Below are positions 45,362-55,828 of a DNA stretch of 61,289 nucleotides, in pieces (positions within the stretch are counted from its first letter, which is position 1; each line of letters begins with the position of its first letter). The translations under genes and the position numbers were made by a program. The notes beneath the pieces were generated by a model. That model was not told the origin of the DNA. It was given only the letters and a program-made list of their open reading frames with translations, and made no database searches. Source of the DNA: an uncultured Burkholderiales bacterium (lineage in GTDB: Bacteria > Pseudomonadota > Gammaproteobacteria > Burkholderiales > JAEUOS01); NCBI GenBank assembly GCA_964443245.1, contig CAYUEG010000006.1, positions 1-61,289 on the forward strand, read 5' to 3'.

Positions 45362-46506
45362 TGAAGAAACCCATGAATGCTTCCCGCTTGATCCGTGCCT
45401 TGCTCTGGTGCGGTACTGCCTTGTCGGTGGCTGGTTGCGGCTGGACCGGCAATTTGCTGCAGGGCGACAAGGTCGAATACAAAAGCAAGGGTCAGGCGGC
45501 CGCGCCGTCTCTCGAGATCCCCCCCGACCTGACCAGCCCCACCCGCGACGGTCGCTTCGAGCTGCCGAACGATACGCGGTTGCGGACGGCGCGCGCGAGC
45601 GACGTTTCACGGGCGTCGGGTCAGCCGGTTTCGACGGCCATCCTGCCTTCCGTGAGCAACGCACGGATTGAGCGCGCAGGCACACAACGCTGGATGGTTG
45701 TGAGCGCCAAACCAGACCAGCTATGGCAGAACGTCAAGGAATTCTGGCAGGAAACTGGATTTGTCATCGAAATTGAGCGGCCTGAATCCGGCGTGATGGA
45801 AACGGATTGGGCGGAGAATCGTGCCAAGATCGGGCAGGACATCATCCGCAGCACGATCGGTCGATTTCTCGACGCACTGTATTCGACACCGGAGCGCGAC
45901 AAATTCCGTACCCGTCTGGAGGTCAATGCCGCCGGGGAGACCGAAATCTTCATCAGCCACCGGGGCATGATCGAGGTCTACAAGACTGAGGGGCGGGATC
46001 AGACCGTTTGGCAGCCACGCCCGGCCGATCCTGAACTGGAGGCGGATTTTCTGCGTCGTCTGATGGTGCGACTGGGAACTGAAGACAGTCGCGCCAAACA
46101 GCTGGTGGTAGCGCCGGAGCGCACGGTCGAGCGTGCCAAGATTGTGCGCACGGGTGACAGCAGCATCATGGAAGTGGACGAAACCTTCGATCGGGCATGG
46201 CGCCGGGTTGGTCTGGCGCTCGATCGGGTCGGCTTTACGGTGGAGGATCGTGATCGCGCCAAGGGCTTGTACTACGTCCGCTATGTCGATTCGGACGCCG
46301 GCCAGAAGCCGGTCCAATCGGGTCTGATCGGGCGAGTGACGAACATTTTCCGGACGGAAACCGTGAAGTCAGCCGAGCAGTACCAGATACAGGTGCGCAA
46401 TGTGCAGTCGGCGACTCAAGTGGCTGTGCTGTCCAAGACCGGGGCAGCGGAGAACAGCGCCACTTCGCAGCGCATCCTGGGTCTTCTTCACGAGCAGTTG
46501 AAGTAG
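45361..46506 (+). CDS. bamC: Outer membrane protein assembly factor BamC (lipoprotein)
   Basis: Lipobox VAGC, LEIPPDL, METDWAENRA, FDRAWRRVGLALDRVGFTVEDRDR. Overlaps the dapA stop. Confidence 0.92.
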   Translation: MKKPMNASRLIRALLWCGTALSVAGCGWTGNLLQGDKVEYKSKGQAAAPSLEIPPDLTSPTRDGRFELPNDTRLRTARASDVSRASGQPVSTAILPSVSNARIERAGTQRWMVVSAKPDQLWQNVKEFWQETGFVIEIERPESGVMETDWAENRAKIGQDIIRSTIGRFLDALYSTPERDKFRTRLEVNAAGETEIFISHRGMIEVYKTEGRDQTVWQPRPADPELEADFLRRLMVRLGTEDSRAKQLVVAPERTVERAKIVRTGDSSIMEVDETFDRAWRRVGLALDRVGFTVEDRDRAKGLYYVRYVDSDAGQKPVQSGLIGRVTNIFRTETVKSAEQYQIQVRNVQSATQVAVLSKTGAAENSATSQRILGLLHEQLK

Positions 46507-46512
46507 CCGCCG

Positions 46513-47316
46513 GTGGTACGTCGGCTGCGTTTCGCCTCGCTCGGTTCGGGTAGCGAAGGCAATGCCCTGATTGTCGAAGCGCATGCCGGCGGGTCGGTCA
46601 CCCGCATCCTGCTTGATTGCGGTTTCGGCATTCGCGAGATCGAGCGCAGGTTGGAACGGTTCGGGGTCGTGCCAGCGGAAGTCGACGCCATCATCGTTAC
46701 CCATGAGCATGGGGATCACATCGGCGGCGCCCCTCGCCTGGCGCGCAAGTACCAGATTCCGCTGTGGATGACGCACGGCACGCTGACGGCTTCCGGTGCG
46801 ATGACGGCGCAGGCCAGCCCGGAGGATCGACCGGGGGTCCGGCTGATCGATCATCATGCGCGTTTTTCCATCGGTAACCTTGAGATCACGCCTTTCCCCG
46901 TCCCGCATGATGCACGGGAGCCGGCGCAGTTTGTTTTTTCCGATGGTGTCGTGCGACTGGGTGTCCTTACCGATCTGGGAAGCTCCACCCAGCATGTCGA
47001 ATCGATGCTGGCAGCGTGTGATGGCCTGGTGCTTGAATGCAATCACGATCAGGGCATGCTCGCCAGCGGGCCGTATCCGGCTTCGCTCAAGGCCAGGGTC
47101 GGGGGCCGCTACGGCCATCTGGACAACGACCAGGCGGCCGCATTATTGCGCACCGTTCGGCATGAACGGTTGCAACACGTGATTGCGGCCCACTTGAGCC
47201 AGCAAAACAACACACCCATGTTGGCGCAGGAGGCGCTCGCGGGGGCGCTGGGGTGTGAGCCAGGCTGGATTGGAATCGCGGACCAGACCGAGGGTTTTGC
47301 CTGGCGTGATCTGTGA
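46513..47316 (+). CDS. MBL-fold metallo-hydrolase (YycJ/WalJ-like)
   Basis: SLGSGSEGNA, THEHGDH, VPHDAREP, LECNHD, GHLDN, AHLSQQNN. Confidence 0.9.
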   Translation: MVRRLRFASLGSGSEGNALIVEAHAGGSVTRILLDCGFGIREIERRLERFGVVPAEVDAIIVTHEHGDHIGGAPRLARKYQIPLWMTHGTLTASGAMTAQASPEDRPGVRLIDHHARFSIGNLEITPFPVPHDAREPAQFVFSDGVVRLGVLTDLGSSTQHVESMLAACDGLVLECNHDQGMLASGPYPASLKARVGGRYGHLDNDQAAALLRTVRHERLQHVIAAHLSQQNNTPMLAQEALAGALGCEPGWIGIADQTEGFAWRDL

Positions 47317-47396
47317 GGCGGGGCGTGCTGCCGGCAATGCGAGCAGGACGTCCCGGGGCCGCGATGCGGTGCAGAAGGGTCTAGGAAAGAGGCAAC

Positions 47397-47425
47397 AAAA
47401 AAGCCGGGCATCGCCCGGCTTTTTT
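47397..47425. terminator. Bidirectional Rho-independent terminator
   Basis: AAAAAAGCCGGGC-ATC-GCCCGGCTTTTTT between convergent genes. Confidence 0.9.
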
Positions 47426-47443
47426 GCGCAGCACAACGAAGAA

Positions 47444-47812
47444 TTACTTCTTCATTGCATCCTTGGCAGCGTCCTTGGCTTTGTCGACGGCAGCACCGGC
47501 AGCAGCTTTGGCGGCGTCTACTGCGGGAGCAGCAGCGGCTTTGGCAGCGTCAGCGGCGGGAGCAGCGGCAGGAGCCGGAGCGGCAGCAGCGCCGTCCTTC
47601 TTCTCGTCTTTCTTCTCTTCAGCCTTGGGGGCATCAGCCGGCTTGGCGGCGTCAGCAGCCGGGGCAGGAGCCGGAGCAGCAGCAGGAGCCGGAGCAGGCG
47701 CGGGAGCCGGGGCGGCGGCAGGGGCCGGTGCCGGGGCGGGTTTCGGTTCTTCTTTGCCGCAAGCGGCAACTGCGGCGGCCACGAGGGCTGCCAGGAGGAG
47801 CGACTTCTTCAT
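47444..47812 (-). CDS. 122-aa Ala/Pro/Lys-rich low-complexity lipoprotein
   Basis: MKKSLLLAALVAAAVAAC lipobox (Cys18), PA repeats, RBS AAAGGA, own terminator. Confidence 0.85.
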   Translation of the reverse strand: MKKSLLLAALVAAAVAACGKEEPKPAPAPAPAAAPAPAPAPAPAAAPAPAPAADAAKPADAPKAEEKKDEKKDGAAAAPAPAAAPAADAAKAAAAPAVDAAKAAAGAAVDKAKDAAKDAMKK

Positions 47813-47860
47813 GATATTCCTTTGCATTGAATTGTAAGGAGGACGTATTGCCCGCGACAA

Positions 47861-47929
47861 TCATGCGCGAATTTCCGCGGAAACGAATTCGATTCGCGCA
47901 TGACTGCTACCAGACAACCCAAAATTATA
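47861..47929 (-). promoter_or_regulatory. Consensus -10 and structured 5' UTR of the lipoprotein gene
   Basis: TATAAT on the minus strand at 47924-47929. 12-bp inverted repeat TCATGCGCGAAT (47861-47872) / ATTCGCGCATGA (47892-47903). Confidence 0.55.
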
Positions 47930-48073
47930 GTACGAAAACTGGTGCGCTGCACCAATTTTGTGAGTCCATGCACTGTTGTAGTCGACGAGCCCTGCTTACC
48001 GCCCAGGACAGCCTCCGCCGCGCGCCGTTGGGTGCCTGGTCCCGAAGACCTTTAAGCTTGTGACTTCGCGAAC

Positions 48074-49279
48074 TCAGCGAATGACGTTGGCGATGGCGTC
48101 GGCGACGTAATCGATGTTCTTCGAATTGAGCGCCGCGACGCAGATCCGGCCGGTATCGATGGCATAGATCGAGTACTCGTTGCGCAGGCGCGCCACCTGT
48201 TCCTTGGTCAATCCGGAGTATGAAAACATTCCGCGTTGGCGAATCACAAACTTGAAGTCGGCTCCTGGCACGCGTGCCTCGATGCTCTCCACCAGTTTGG
48301 CCCGCATGGCCTTGATGCGGTCCCGCATGACGCCGAGCTCGGCTTCCCACATTGCGCGCAACTTCGGGCTGGCCAGGACGGTGGCGACGATCTTGCCACC
48401 GTGCGTTGGCGGGTTCGAGTAGTTGGTGCGAACGATGCGCTTGAGCTGCGAGAGCAGGCGGGCTGCTTCTTCTCCGTCCTTGCCGACCACGCAAAGCGAA
48501 CCAACGCGTTCGCCATAGAGCGAGAATGATTTGGAGAACGAGGTCGATACCAGCAATGGCCCCGGCGTGGCCGCAAACCGGCGCACCACCGCGCCATCCG
48601 CATCGATTCCTTCGGCAAAGCCCTGATAAGCAATATCGAGGAAGGGGACCAGATCGCGCTCGCGTACGGTGGCGATGACCTCACCCCACTGTGCGTCATT
48701 GAGGTCATAGCCGGTCGGGTTGTGGCAGCAGGCATGCAGCAGGATGATCGTGCCAGCTTTGGCGCCCTTGAGTGCGGCCAGCATGGCCGAAAAATTCACA
48801 TCCCGTGCGGCGGCGTCATAGTATGGGTAGGTATTGACGACAAAACCGGCACTTTCAAACAGCGCGCGGTGGTTCTCCCAGGAAGGATCGCTGATCCACA
48901 CTTCGGCGTCGGGGCTGAAACGCTTGAGGAAATCGGCTCCGATCTTCAGGCCGCCAGTCCCTCCCAACCCCTGCACAGTGACGCCGCGGCCGGACTTGAC
49001 GATGTCGCTATCGGCGCCAAACACGAGTTCGCGCACGGCATTGTCATAAGCCGCCAATCCATCAATGGGCAGGTAGCCACGCGGTGCCGGGTTGCGCACC
49101 ATTTCTTCTTCGGCTTCCTTGACGCAGGCAAGAAGCGGGAGCTTGCCGCTGTCGTCGTTGTAGACGCCTACGCCCAGATTGACCTTGTTCGGATTCTTGT
49201 CTGCCACAAACGCTTCAGTCACGCCCAGAATCGGGTCTTTTGGGGCGAGGTCAATGCTTGCAAAAAGAGGGGAGGCCAT
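48074..49279 (-). CDS. tyrB: Aromatic amino acid / aspartate aminotransferase (class I PLP)
   Basis: DPILGV, KVNLGVGVY, GGTGGL, LHACCHNPTG, DIAYQGF, SFSKSFSLYGERVG, GRICVAAL. Confidence 0.9.
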   Translation of the reverse strand: MASPLFASIDLAPKDPILGVTEAFVADKNPNKVNLGVGVYNDDSGKLPLLACVKEAEEEMVRNPAPRGYLPIDGLAAYDNAVRELVFGADSDIVKSGRGVTVQGLGGTGGLKIGADFLKRFSPDAEVWISDPSWENHRALFESAGFVVNTYPYYDAAARDVNFSAMLAALKGAKAGTIILLHACCHNPTGYDLNDAQWGEVIATVRERDLVPFLDIAYQGFAEGIDADGAVVRRFAATPGPLLVSTSFSKSFSLYGERVGSLCVVGKDGEEAARLLSQLKRIVRTNYSNPPTHGGKIVATVLASPKLRAMWEAELGVMRDRIKAMRAKLVESIEARVPGADFKFVIRQRGMFSYSGLTKEQVARLRNEYSIYAIDTGRICVAALNSKNIDYVADAIANVIR

Positions 49280-49526
49280 GTCGTCGTGGAGGATAAAGGG
49301 GTCGAAATGTGGGCATCACGCGGCAGGGCGCGATGCTGCAGGGCAATATGTTAATCCATGGACGTGGTATTGATCGCTGCATGCACCAGAAAAGTGTCTG
49401 CCAGCATCGAAAAGGGGCAGGTTAGTCCCTGTGTTCGCCGTCGCAATCGCGCGGTGGTTCCCTAGAATCGGAGATGCAAATTGCTGCCTGGTCAGGCGGC
49501 ATCGGGTCTGGATGAGCGGGGTAATC

Positions 49527-51950
49527 ATGGCGGCTGTGCCGGACGACCTGATGGCAGAAGCCATCGGCCGGTTCATTGTGGAGCGTGAGTTGGGGCGTGG
49601 AGCCCAGGGTACCGTCTACCTCGCCACCGACCCGCGCCTGCAGCGCAAGGTTGCCGTGAAAACCCTGCGTACCGGGCGCCGCACCAGCGTGCCGCCCGCT
49701 GAAACCATGCGCCTCCTGATGGATGAGGCGCGCATCGTCGGCCAGTTGCAGCACCCCAATATCGTGACGCTATACGATGCCGGGGAGCAGGGCGGCCTGC
49801 CCTACCTGGTGTTCGAGTATGTCGAAGGCAGCCCGCTTTCCGATTTGATCAGCGATGAGGGACGGATCGCGCCGGCTGAAGCGGCCGCGATGGCCCTGCA
49901 GGTGCTGCGCGGCATTGCCTATGCCCACGAACGCAATGTGGTCCATCGCGACATCAAGCCGGGCAACATCATGATCACGGGTGAGCGGGTGGCCCGCATC
50001 ATGGATTTTGGTATCGCTCTGCGCACCAACGAGGGCACCAGCAGCGGCGCCGGGCTCAGCGGTACCCCACGCTATATGGCTCCGGAGTACCTGAAGGGCG
50101 GCACCTATACCCCGGCATGCGAGGTGTTTGCCGTCGGCATGGTGCTCTATGAGATGCTGACCGGGACGCCGGCGGTGCGTGGCAGCGACCCGCATGCCAT
50201 CATGTATGCGATGGTGCACCAGCCATTTGAGCGACCCTCGGCGCGCAACGTTTCTGTCGACGAGAAAATCGAGGCCATTGTGATGCGCGCGCTGGCCAAG
50301 GACCCCGCGCAGCGTTATGCCGGGCCGGATGCGATGATCGAGGCACTTGCCGAATACTGTCGCCCGGCCGGTGGCGCACGCCAGGGAGCCGGGGATGACA
50401 GTGACAACGCGGCACTTGAATACGTACTGCGGCGAATGCGCCACAAGACCGATTTTCCGGCGCTCTCGTCCACCATTGCCACCGTCAATCGCGTGGCGGC
50501 TTCGGATACGGAGTCCACCAGCGGCCTGGCCGACAGCATCCTGAAGGATGTGGCACTGACCAACAAGATCCTGCGCATGGTCAATGCGGTGGCGTTTTCA
50601 CAGTTTGGCGGTTCCATCAGCACGATCTCGCGGGCAGTGTCGATTCTTGGTGTGCAGCGAGTGCGCAGTGCCGCTCTCTCGCTGATGCTGTTCGAGCATC
50701 TGCAGAACAAGAGCCAGGCGGCGGACCTGAAGGACCTGGTCTCGGCGAGCTATTTCAGCGGCACCCTGGCGCGTGATCTGGCGTCACACGCCGGCCTGCG
50801 CCTTCCGGAAGAGGTGTTCATCTGTTCGATGTTCCACCGGCTGGGAAAACTGCTGGCAACGTTCTACCTGCACGAGGAGGCTTCGGACATTGCGCGCCTG
50901 GCGCGAACCGAGCGCATCGATGAAGACGCGGCTGCTGCTGATGTGCTCGGCCTGACCTACACCGCGCTGGGCGCTGGTGTGGCAGAGAAATGGAATCTGC
51001 CCGAGCGGATCGTCAAATCCATGGTGCCCTTTACGGAAGCCAGTGTCGGTGTGCTGCACACCGACGTGCAAAAACTGCGTGCGGTATCGGATCTGTCGAA
51101 TCGTCTGACTGATGTGGTGCGTCTGCCGGAGGGCAAGGAGCGCAGGCGTGCCTTGCAGCAACTGTCTACCAAGTATGAGAAATCCCTCGACTTGAGCATG
51201 GAGGCACTGTCCGGGGCGCTGGAGCGCTCGGCGCAAGCCTTCGCCAGCGAGGCGCAGACCTTGGGCCTCTCGGTAGGAAATGGCGAGTTCATGCAGAAGC
51301 TGCTGGGCGTGGCTGGGGCGCGCAGCACACCGGCCCCGGCTGAAGTGCCGTCCACAACGGAAGTGGGTCTGGCAGAAACGGTGATGAACGTCTCACCGGA
51401 GGCGGGTACCACGTTCGACCGCCCGGCCGAAGCGAGGCAATCGATGCTCAGTGCCGGCATTTCGGACATTACCCAGGCACTCTCGGGTGAATATGTGCTC
51501 AATGATGTCCTGCGCATCATTCTTGAAACCATGTATCGGGCGATCGGGTTCAAACGGGTGATGCTGTTTACACTGGATGGAGCTACCCGACGCCTGAAGG
51601 TGCGCTTCGGCTTCGGGGATGATGCGGAGCGGATGGTCAAGGGCGGCCTGTCGATTCCTCTGGATGCGACGCGTGATGTGTTTGCCCTGGCGCTGGCGAA
51701 GGGCGTCGACATCTGCATCGAGGATCGCGACTCCGGGAAGATGAAATCCCATGTCCCGGACTGGTATCGCAGTGCTGTCACCGCGCGGGGGTTCATCCTG
51801 TTCCCGGTCCTGATCAACCAGAGACCCCTGGCCATGATCTACGCCGATGCCGACGATGGCGCATCCATGCAGTTCGAGAAGAGCGAGTTGGGCATGCTCA
51901 AGACGCTGCGCGATCAGGCCATATTGGCCATTCGCCGCAAGAGCGCCTGA
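49527..51950 (+). CDS. Hanks-type Ser/Thr kinase fused to HDOD and a C-terminal GAF-like domain
   Basis: LGRGAQGTVY, VAVK, HRDIKPGN, DFG, GTPRYMAPE. HDOD DFPAL...ILKDVALTNKILRMVN...ISTISRAVSILG. Start uncertain (49512/49527/49551). Confidence 0.88.
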   Translation: MAAVPDDLMAEAIGRFIVERELGRGAQGTVYLATDPRLQRKVAVKTLRTGRRTSVPPAETMRLLMDEARIVGQLQHPNIVTLYDAGEQGGLPYLVFEYVEGSPLSDLISDEGRIAPAEAAAMALQVLRGIAYAHERNVVHRDIKPGNIMITGERVARIMDFGIALRTNEGTSSGAGLSGTPRYMAPEYLKGGTYTPACEVFAVGMVLYEMLTGTPAVRGSDPHAIMYAMVHQPFERPSARNVSVDEKIEAIVMRALAKDPAQRYAGPDAMIEALAEYCRPAGGARQGAGDDSDNAALEYVLRRMRHKTDFPALSSTIATVNRVAASDTESTSGLADSILKDVALTNKILRMVNAVAFSQFGGSISTISRAVSILGVQRVRSAALSLMLFEHLQNKSQAADLKDLVSASYFSGTLARDLASHAGLRLPEEVFICSMFHRLGKLLATFYLHEEASDIARLARTERIDEDAAAADVLGLTYTALGAGVAEKWNLPERIVKSMVPFTEASVGVLHTDVQKLRAVSDLSNRLTDVVRLPEGKERRRALQQLSTKYEKSLDLSMEALSGALERSAQAFASEAQTLGLSVGNGEFMQKLLGVAGARSTPAPAEVPSTTEVGLAETVMNVSPEAGTTFDRPAEARQSMLSAGISDITQALSGEYVLNDVLRIILETMYRAIGFKRVMLFTLDGATRRLKVRFGFGDDAERMVKGGLSIPLDATRDVFALALAKGVDICIEDRDSGKMKSHVPDWYRSAVTARGFILFPVLINQRPLAMIYADADDGASMQFEKSELGMLKTLRDQAILAIRRKSA

Positions 51951-52027
51951 GGGCCCTTCGCTTCGGTCTTTCCGGCCCCGGGGCCGCTCGGAGAAACGAG
52001 TGCAAGTGACGGAGGCCGCTGGGTGCT

Positions 52028-52036
52028 TGCTAGAAT
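52028..52036 (+). promoter_or_regulatory. Extended -10 promoter candidate for uvrB
   Basis: TG-C-TAGAAT, 37 nt upstream of the uvrB ATG. Confidence 0.5.
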
Positions 52037-52073
52037 GCCAAGTTGCCCCTCGTGGCAGTGCCCCCGATCCCCG

Positions 52074-54128
52074 ATGACCCTGCGAACCTTTCCCGGCAGT
52101 CCCTATCAGCTGTTCGAGCCATTTCAGCCCGCCGGTGATCAGCCGACCGCCATCGCACAGCTGGTGGAGGGGGTCAATGACGGACTTGCCTTCCAGACAC
52201 TGCTTGGTGTCACCGGTTCCGGCAAGACCTTCACCATGGCACAGGTGATTGCACGCACCGGACGTCCGGCGCTGGTGCTGGCGCCGAACAAGACACTTGC
52301 TGCCCAGCTCTATGCTGAGTTTCGCGAGTTCTTTCCTCACAACGCGGTGGAATACTTCGTCAGCTATTACGACTACTACCAGCCTGAAGCCTATGTTCCA
52401 TCGCGCGACCTGTTCATCGAGAAGGATTCCTCGATCAACGACCATATCGAGCAGATGCGCCTGTCGGCAACCAAGAGCCTGATGGAGCGGCGCGATGCCA
52501 TCATCGTGGGCACAGTATCGACCATCTACGGCATCGGCGATCCCGAGGATTATCACAAGATGGTCTTGACGATGCGGGTGGGCGACAAGCTCTCGCAACG
52601 CGACATCATTGTGCGCCTCACCACGATGCAGTACTCGCGCAACGAGATCGACTTCGCGCGCGGCAGCTTTCGCGTGCGCGGCGACGTCATCGACATCTTT
52701 CCAGCCGAGCACAACGAAACGGCGATTCGCGTCTCGCTGTTCGACGACGAGATCGAGTCGATGCAGCTGTTCGACCCGCTCACCGGTCACATTCGCCAGA
52801 AGATTCCGCGCTTTACAGTCTATCCCGGCTCGCACTACGTCAGCACGCGCGAGACCACGTTGCGTGCTGCTGAGGCAATCAAGATCGAGTTGCAGGAGCG
52901 CACGGAGTTCTTCGTCAAGGAGAACAAGCTGGTGGAAGCGCAACGCATCGAACAACGCACGCGATTTGATCTGGAGATGCTCTACCAGATCGGCTTCTGC
53001 AAGGGCATCGAGAACTACTCACGCCACCTGTCCGGGCGGGAGGCGGGCGAACCGCCGCCGACCCTGATCGACTATCTGCCCAAGGACGCATTGATGTTCC
53101 TGGACGAATCCCATGTGTTGATCGGCCAGCTCGGTGCGATGTACAAGGGCGATCGTTCGCGCAAGGAGAATCTGGTCAACTACGGTTTTCGCCTGCCCTC
53201 GGCGCTCGATAACCGGCCGCTCAAGTTTGAAGAATTCGAGGGCATGCTGCGCCAGACCATTTTCGTTTCAGCCACGCCGGCGGAATACGAGCGCACGCAT
53301 TCGGGCGAGGACGTGGCAGAGCAGGTGGTACGACCTACTGGCCTGGTAGATCCGTTGCTCATCGTGCGGCCGGCTTCTGCCCAGGTCGACGATTTGCTGT
53401 CCGAGGTATCGGCTCGTGTCAAGGCCGGCGAACGGGTGCTGGTGACCACGCTCACCAAACGCATGTCCGAACAGCTTACCGACTATCTGGCCGACCATGG
53501 TGTCAAGGTGCGCTACCTCCATTCGGACATCGAAACCGTGGAGCGCGTGGAGATCATTCGCGACCTGCGCCTGGGCGTTTTCGATGTCCTGGTCGGCATC
53601 AACCTGTTGCGCGAGGGCCTGGACATCCCGGAGGTGTCACTGGTGGCGATTCTGGACGCCGACAAAGAGGGGTTCTTGCGCAGCGAGCGTTCCCTGATCC
53701 AGACCATCGGGCGGGCCGCGCGGCACATCAATGGCACGGCCATTCTTTACGCCGATAAGGTGACCGATTCGATGCGTCAGGCGATGAACGAAACCGAACG
53801 CCGGCGCAAAAAGCAGATTGCTTACAACGAAGCGAATGGGATTACCCCGGTCGGCGTGGCCAAGCGCATCAAGGACATCATCGATGGTGTCTATGACGCC
53901 AAGGCAGCGCGCGAAGAAGCGGAAGAGGCCAAGGCGACAGCGCGCTTCGAGGTCATGAGCGAGAAGCAGATTGCCAAACAGATCCAGCATCTTGAAAAGA
54001 AGATGCTGGAGCACGCCAAGAACCTGGAGTTCGAGAAAGCAGCGCAAATGCGCGACGAGCTGACCAAGTTGAAAGAGCGCCTGTTCGGCGTTGGGGGCAG
54101 CAACGTGGTGGCGATCAAGGCGGCCTAG
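52074..54128 (+). CDS. uvrB: Excinuclease ABC subunit B
   Basis: [50 protein letters not shown]-terminal UVR domain [11 protein letters not shown]. Confidence 0.98.
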   Translation: MTLRTFPGSPYQLFEPFQPAGDQPTAIAQLVEGVNDGLAFQTLLGVTGSGKTFTMAQVIARTGRPALVLAPNKTLAAQLYAEFREFFPHNAVEYFVSYYDYYQPEAYVPSRDLFIEKDSSINDHIEQMRLSATKSLMERRDAIIVGTVSTIYGIGDPEDYHKMVLTMRVGDKLSQRDIIVRLTTMQYSRNEIDFARGSFRVRGDVIDIFPAEHNETAIRVSLFDDEIESMQLFDPLTGHIRQKIPRFTVYPGSHYVSTRETTLRAAEAIKIELQERTEFFVKENKLVEAQRIEQRTRFDLEMLYQIGFCKGIENYSRHLSGREAGEPPPTLIDYLPKDALMFLDESHVLIGQLGAMYKGDRSRKENLVNYGFRLPSALDNRPLKFEEFEGMLRQTIFVSATPAEYERTHSGEDVAEQVVRPTGLVDPLLIVRPASAQVDDLLSEVSARVKAGERVLVTTLTKRMSEQLTDYLADHGVKVRYLHSDIETVERVEIIRDLRLGVFDVLVGINLLREGLDIPEVSLVAILDADKEGFLRSERSLIQTIGRAARHINGTAILYADKVTDSMRQAMNETERRRKKQIAYNEANGITPVGVAKRIKDIIDGVYDAKAAREEAEEAKATARFEVMSEKQIAKQIQHLEKKMLEHAKNLEFEKAAQMRDELTKLKERLFGVGGSNVVAIKAA

Positions 54129-54197
54129 GCGGCGGCACGGTCAGGCGCGCCGGGTTGAATCGGTTACAGTTGTTCTTCCATATTTTTCAGCGTTCTC

Positions 54198-55820
54198 ATG
54201 CCGGTATTCGAGACACAAATCGCCGTTGCTGATCCGCTTTTTGCGGAGAATCGCGATCACATGCTCGCGCTGCTGGCCGAAGCCAAAGCGCTGGAGCAGC
54301 GTACCGCAGACAAATCCGCATCCGCCAAGCCCCTGTTCGACAAGCGGGGTCAATTGCTGCCGCGCGAGCGGGTGGCGCTTCTGCTGGACCCGGGTGCGCC
54401 GTTCATCGAAATGTCCGCACTGGCGGGTTACCAGCTCGATCGTCCCGAGGCCGACAAGAGCGTTCCGGGAGGCGGCTGCATCAGCGGGGTCGGCTTTGTG
54501 TCGGGCGTGCGCTGTGTCGTGATGGCGTCGGATTCGGGTGTGGAAGCCGGATCCATCCGGCCGATGGGGCAGGACAAGATTGTGCGTGCGCAGACCATCG
54601 CACTGGAGAACAAGCTTCCTTTCGTGCATCTGGTGGAGAGTGCCGGCGCCAATCTGCCGCAGTACAAGGTGGAAGGCTTTGTGCGCGGTGGTGCGATTTT
54701 TCGCAACCTGGCGCGCTTGTCGGCCGCCGGTTTACCCGTGGTCACCGTGGTTCACGGTTCGTCCACTGCGGGGGGCGCCTACATGCCCGGCCTGTCGGAT
54801 TACGTGATCATGGTGCGGGGCCGGGCGCGCGCCTTCCTGGCCGGCCCGCCGCTTCTGAAGGCGGCGACGGGCGAGATCGCGACCGAGGAAGAACTGGGTG
54901 GCGCGGACATGCACACCAGCGTCTCTGGCCTTGGGGAGTATCTGGCCGAAGACGACCGTGACGGCATACGCCTGGCGCGCGACGTCATCGCCCGGCTGGA
55001 CTGGAATCGCCATCTGACCCCTGCGCCTGCGCGCCATTTCAAGCCGCCGCGGCTTTCGGCAGAGGAGCTCTTGGGCATCATGCCAGCGGGAGGCAAGAAG
55101 CCTGTCGATATGCGCGAGGTGATTGCGCGCATTGTTGACGACTCCGACTTCCTCGACTTCAAGGCCGGCTATGGTGTGGCTACCGTCTGTGGCCATGCAG
55201 CGATCGAAGGTTTTCCGGTCGGCATCATCACCAACAACGGCCCGCTTGATCCGGATGGTTCCAACAAGGCCACGCACTTCATCCAGGCCTGTTGCCAGAG
55301 CGGTACGCCGTTGCTCTACCTGCAGAATACGACCGGCTACATTGTCGGCAAGTCTTACGAGCAGGGTGGCATGATCAAACATGGTTCCAAGATGATTCAG
55401 GCGGTGACCAATGCCACGGTGCCGCAGATCACCTTGATGTGCGGCGCCTCCTTTGGTGCAGGCAACTATGGCATGTGCGGTCGCGGCTTCGACCCGCGCT
55501 TCCTGTTTTCCTGGCCCAACACGCGCACTGCGGTCATGGGTGGTGCACAGGCGGCGATGGTCATGCGCATCGTTGCCGAAGCGGGTGCCAAAAGAAAAGG
55601 CGAGACCCTTGATCCGGCCGTGATGGCTGCCCAGGAGGCCAGGATCATCGAGAACTTCGAACGCCAGCAAAGCGCAATTGCCACCAGCGCACGTTTGCTG
55701 GACGATGGCATCATCGATCCGCGTGATACCCGCGCCGTGCTGGCATTCGTGCTGGCGACGGTGGACGAAGCGGCGCGCCGCACCCTGCGGCCGATGCAGT
55801 TTGGCGTGGCCAGACCGTAA
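54198..55820 (+). CDS. Acyl-CoA carboxylase carboxyltransferase subunit, AtuC (geranyl-CoA carboxylase beta)-like
   Basis: RGQLLPRERVALLLDPGAPF, VESAGANL, TAGGAYMPG, FLAGPPL.KAATGE, GASFGAGNYGMCGR. Confidence 0.88.
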   Translation: MPVFETQIAVADPLFAENRDHMLALLAEAKALEQRTADKSASAKPLFDKRGQLLPRERVALLLDPGAPFIEMSALAGYQLDRPEADKSVPGGGCISGVGFVSGVRCVVMASDSGVEAGSIRPMGQDKIVRAQTIALENKLPFVHLVESAGANLPQYKVEGFVRGGAIFRNLARLSAAGLPVVTVVHGSSTAGGAYMPGLSDYVIMVRGRARAFLAGPPLLKAATGEIATEEELGGADMHTSVSGLGEYLAEDDRDGIRLARDVIARLDWNRHLTPAPARHFKPPRLSAEELLGIMPAGGKKPVDMREVIARIVDDSDFLDFKAGYGVATVCGHAAIEGFPVGIITNNGPLDPDGSNKATHFIQACCQSGTPLLYLQNTTGYIVGKSYEQGGMIKHGSKMIQAVTNATVPQITLMCGASFGAGNYGMCGRGFDPRFLFSWPNTRTAVMGGAQAAMVMRIVAEAGAKRKGETLDPAVMAAQEARIIENFERQQSAIATSARLLDDGIIDPRDTRAVLAFVLATVDEAARRTLRPMQFGVARP

Positions 55821-55828
55821 GGCAAGCG

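Noticed and set aside
47424-47837. Gly/Ala-rich plus-strand ORFs and a possible tandem-repeat or CRISPR-like array
   Set aside because: These are the antisense reading of the PA-repeat lipoprotein. The repeats are codon-level and have no unique spacers.
47940-47964. NtrC-like TGCACC half-site upstream of the lipoprotein gene
   Set aside because: Only one half-site matches in the right orientation, and no sigma54 -24/-12 motif was seen.
51951-52073. LexA box upstream of uvrB
   Set aside because: No CTGT-N8-ACAG motif is visible in this gap.
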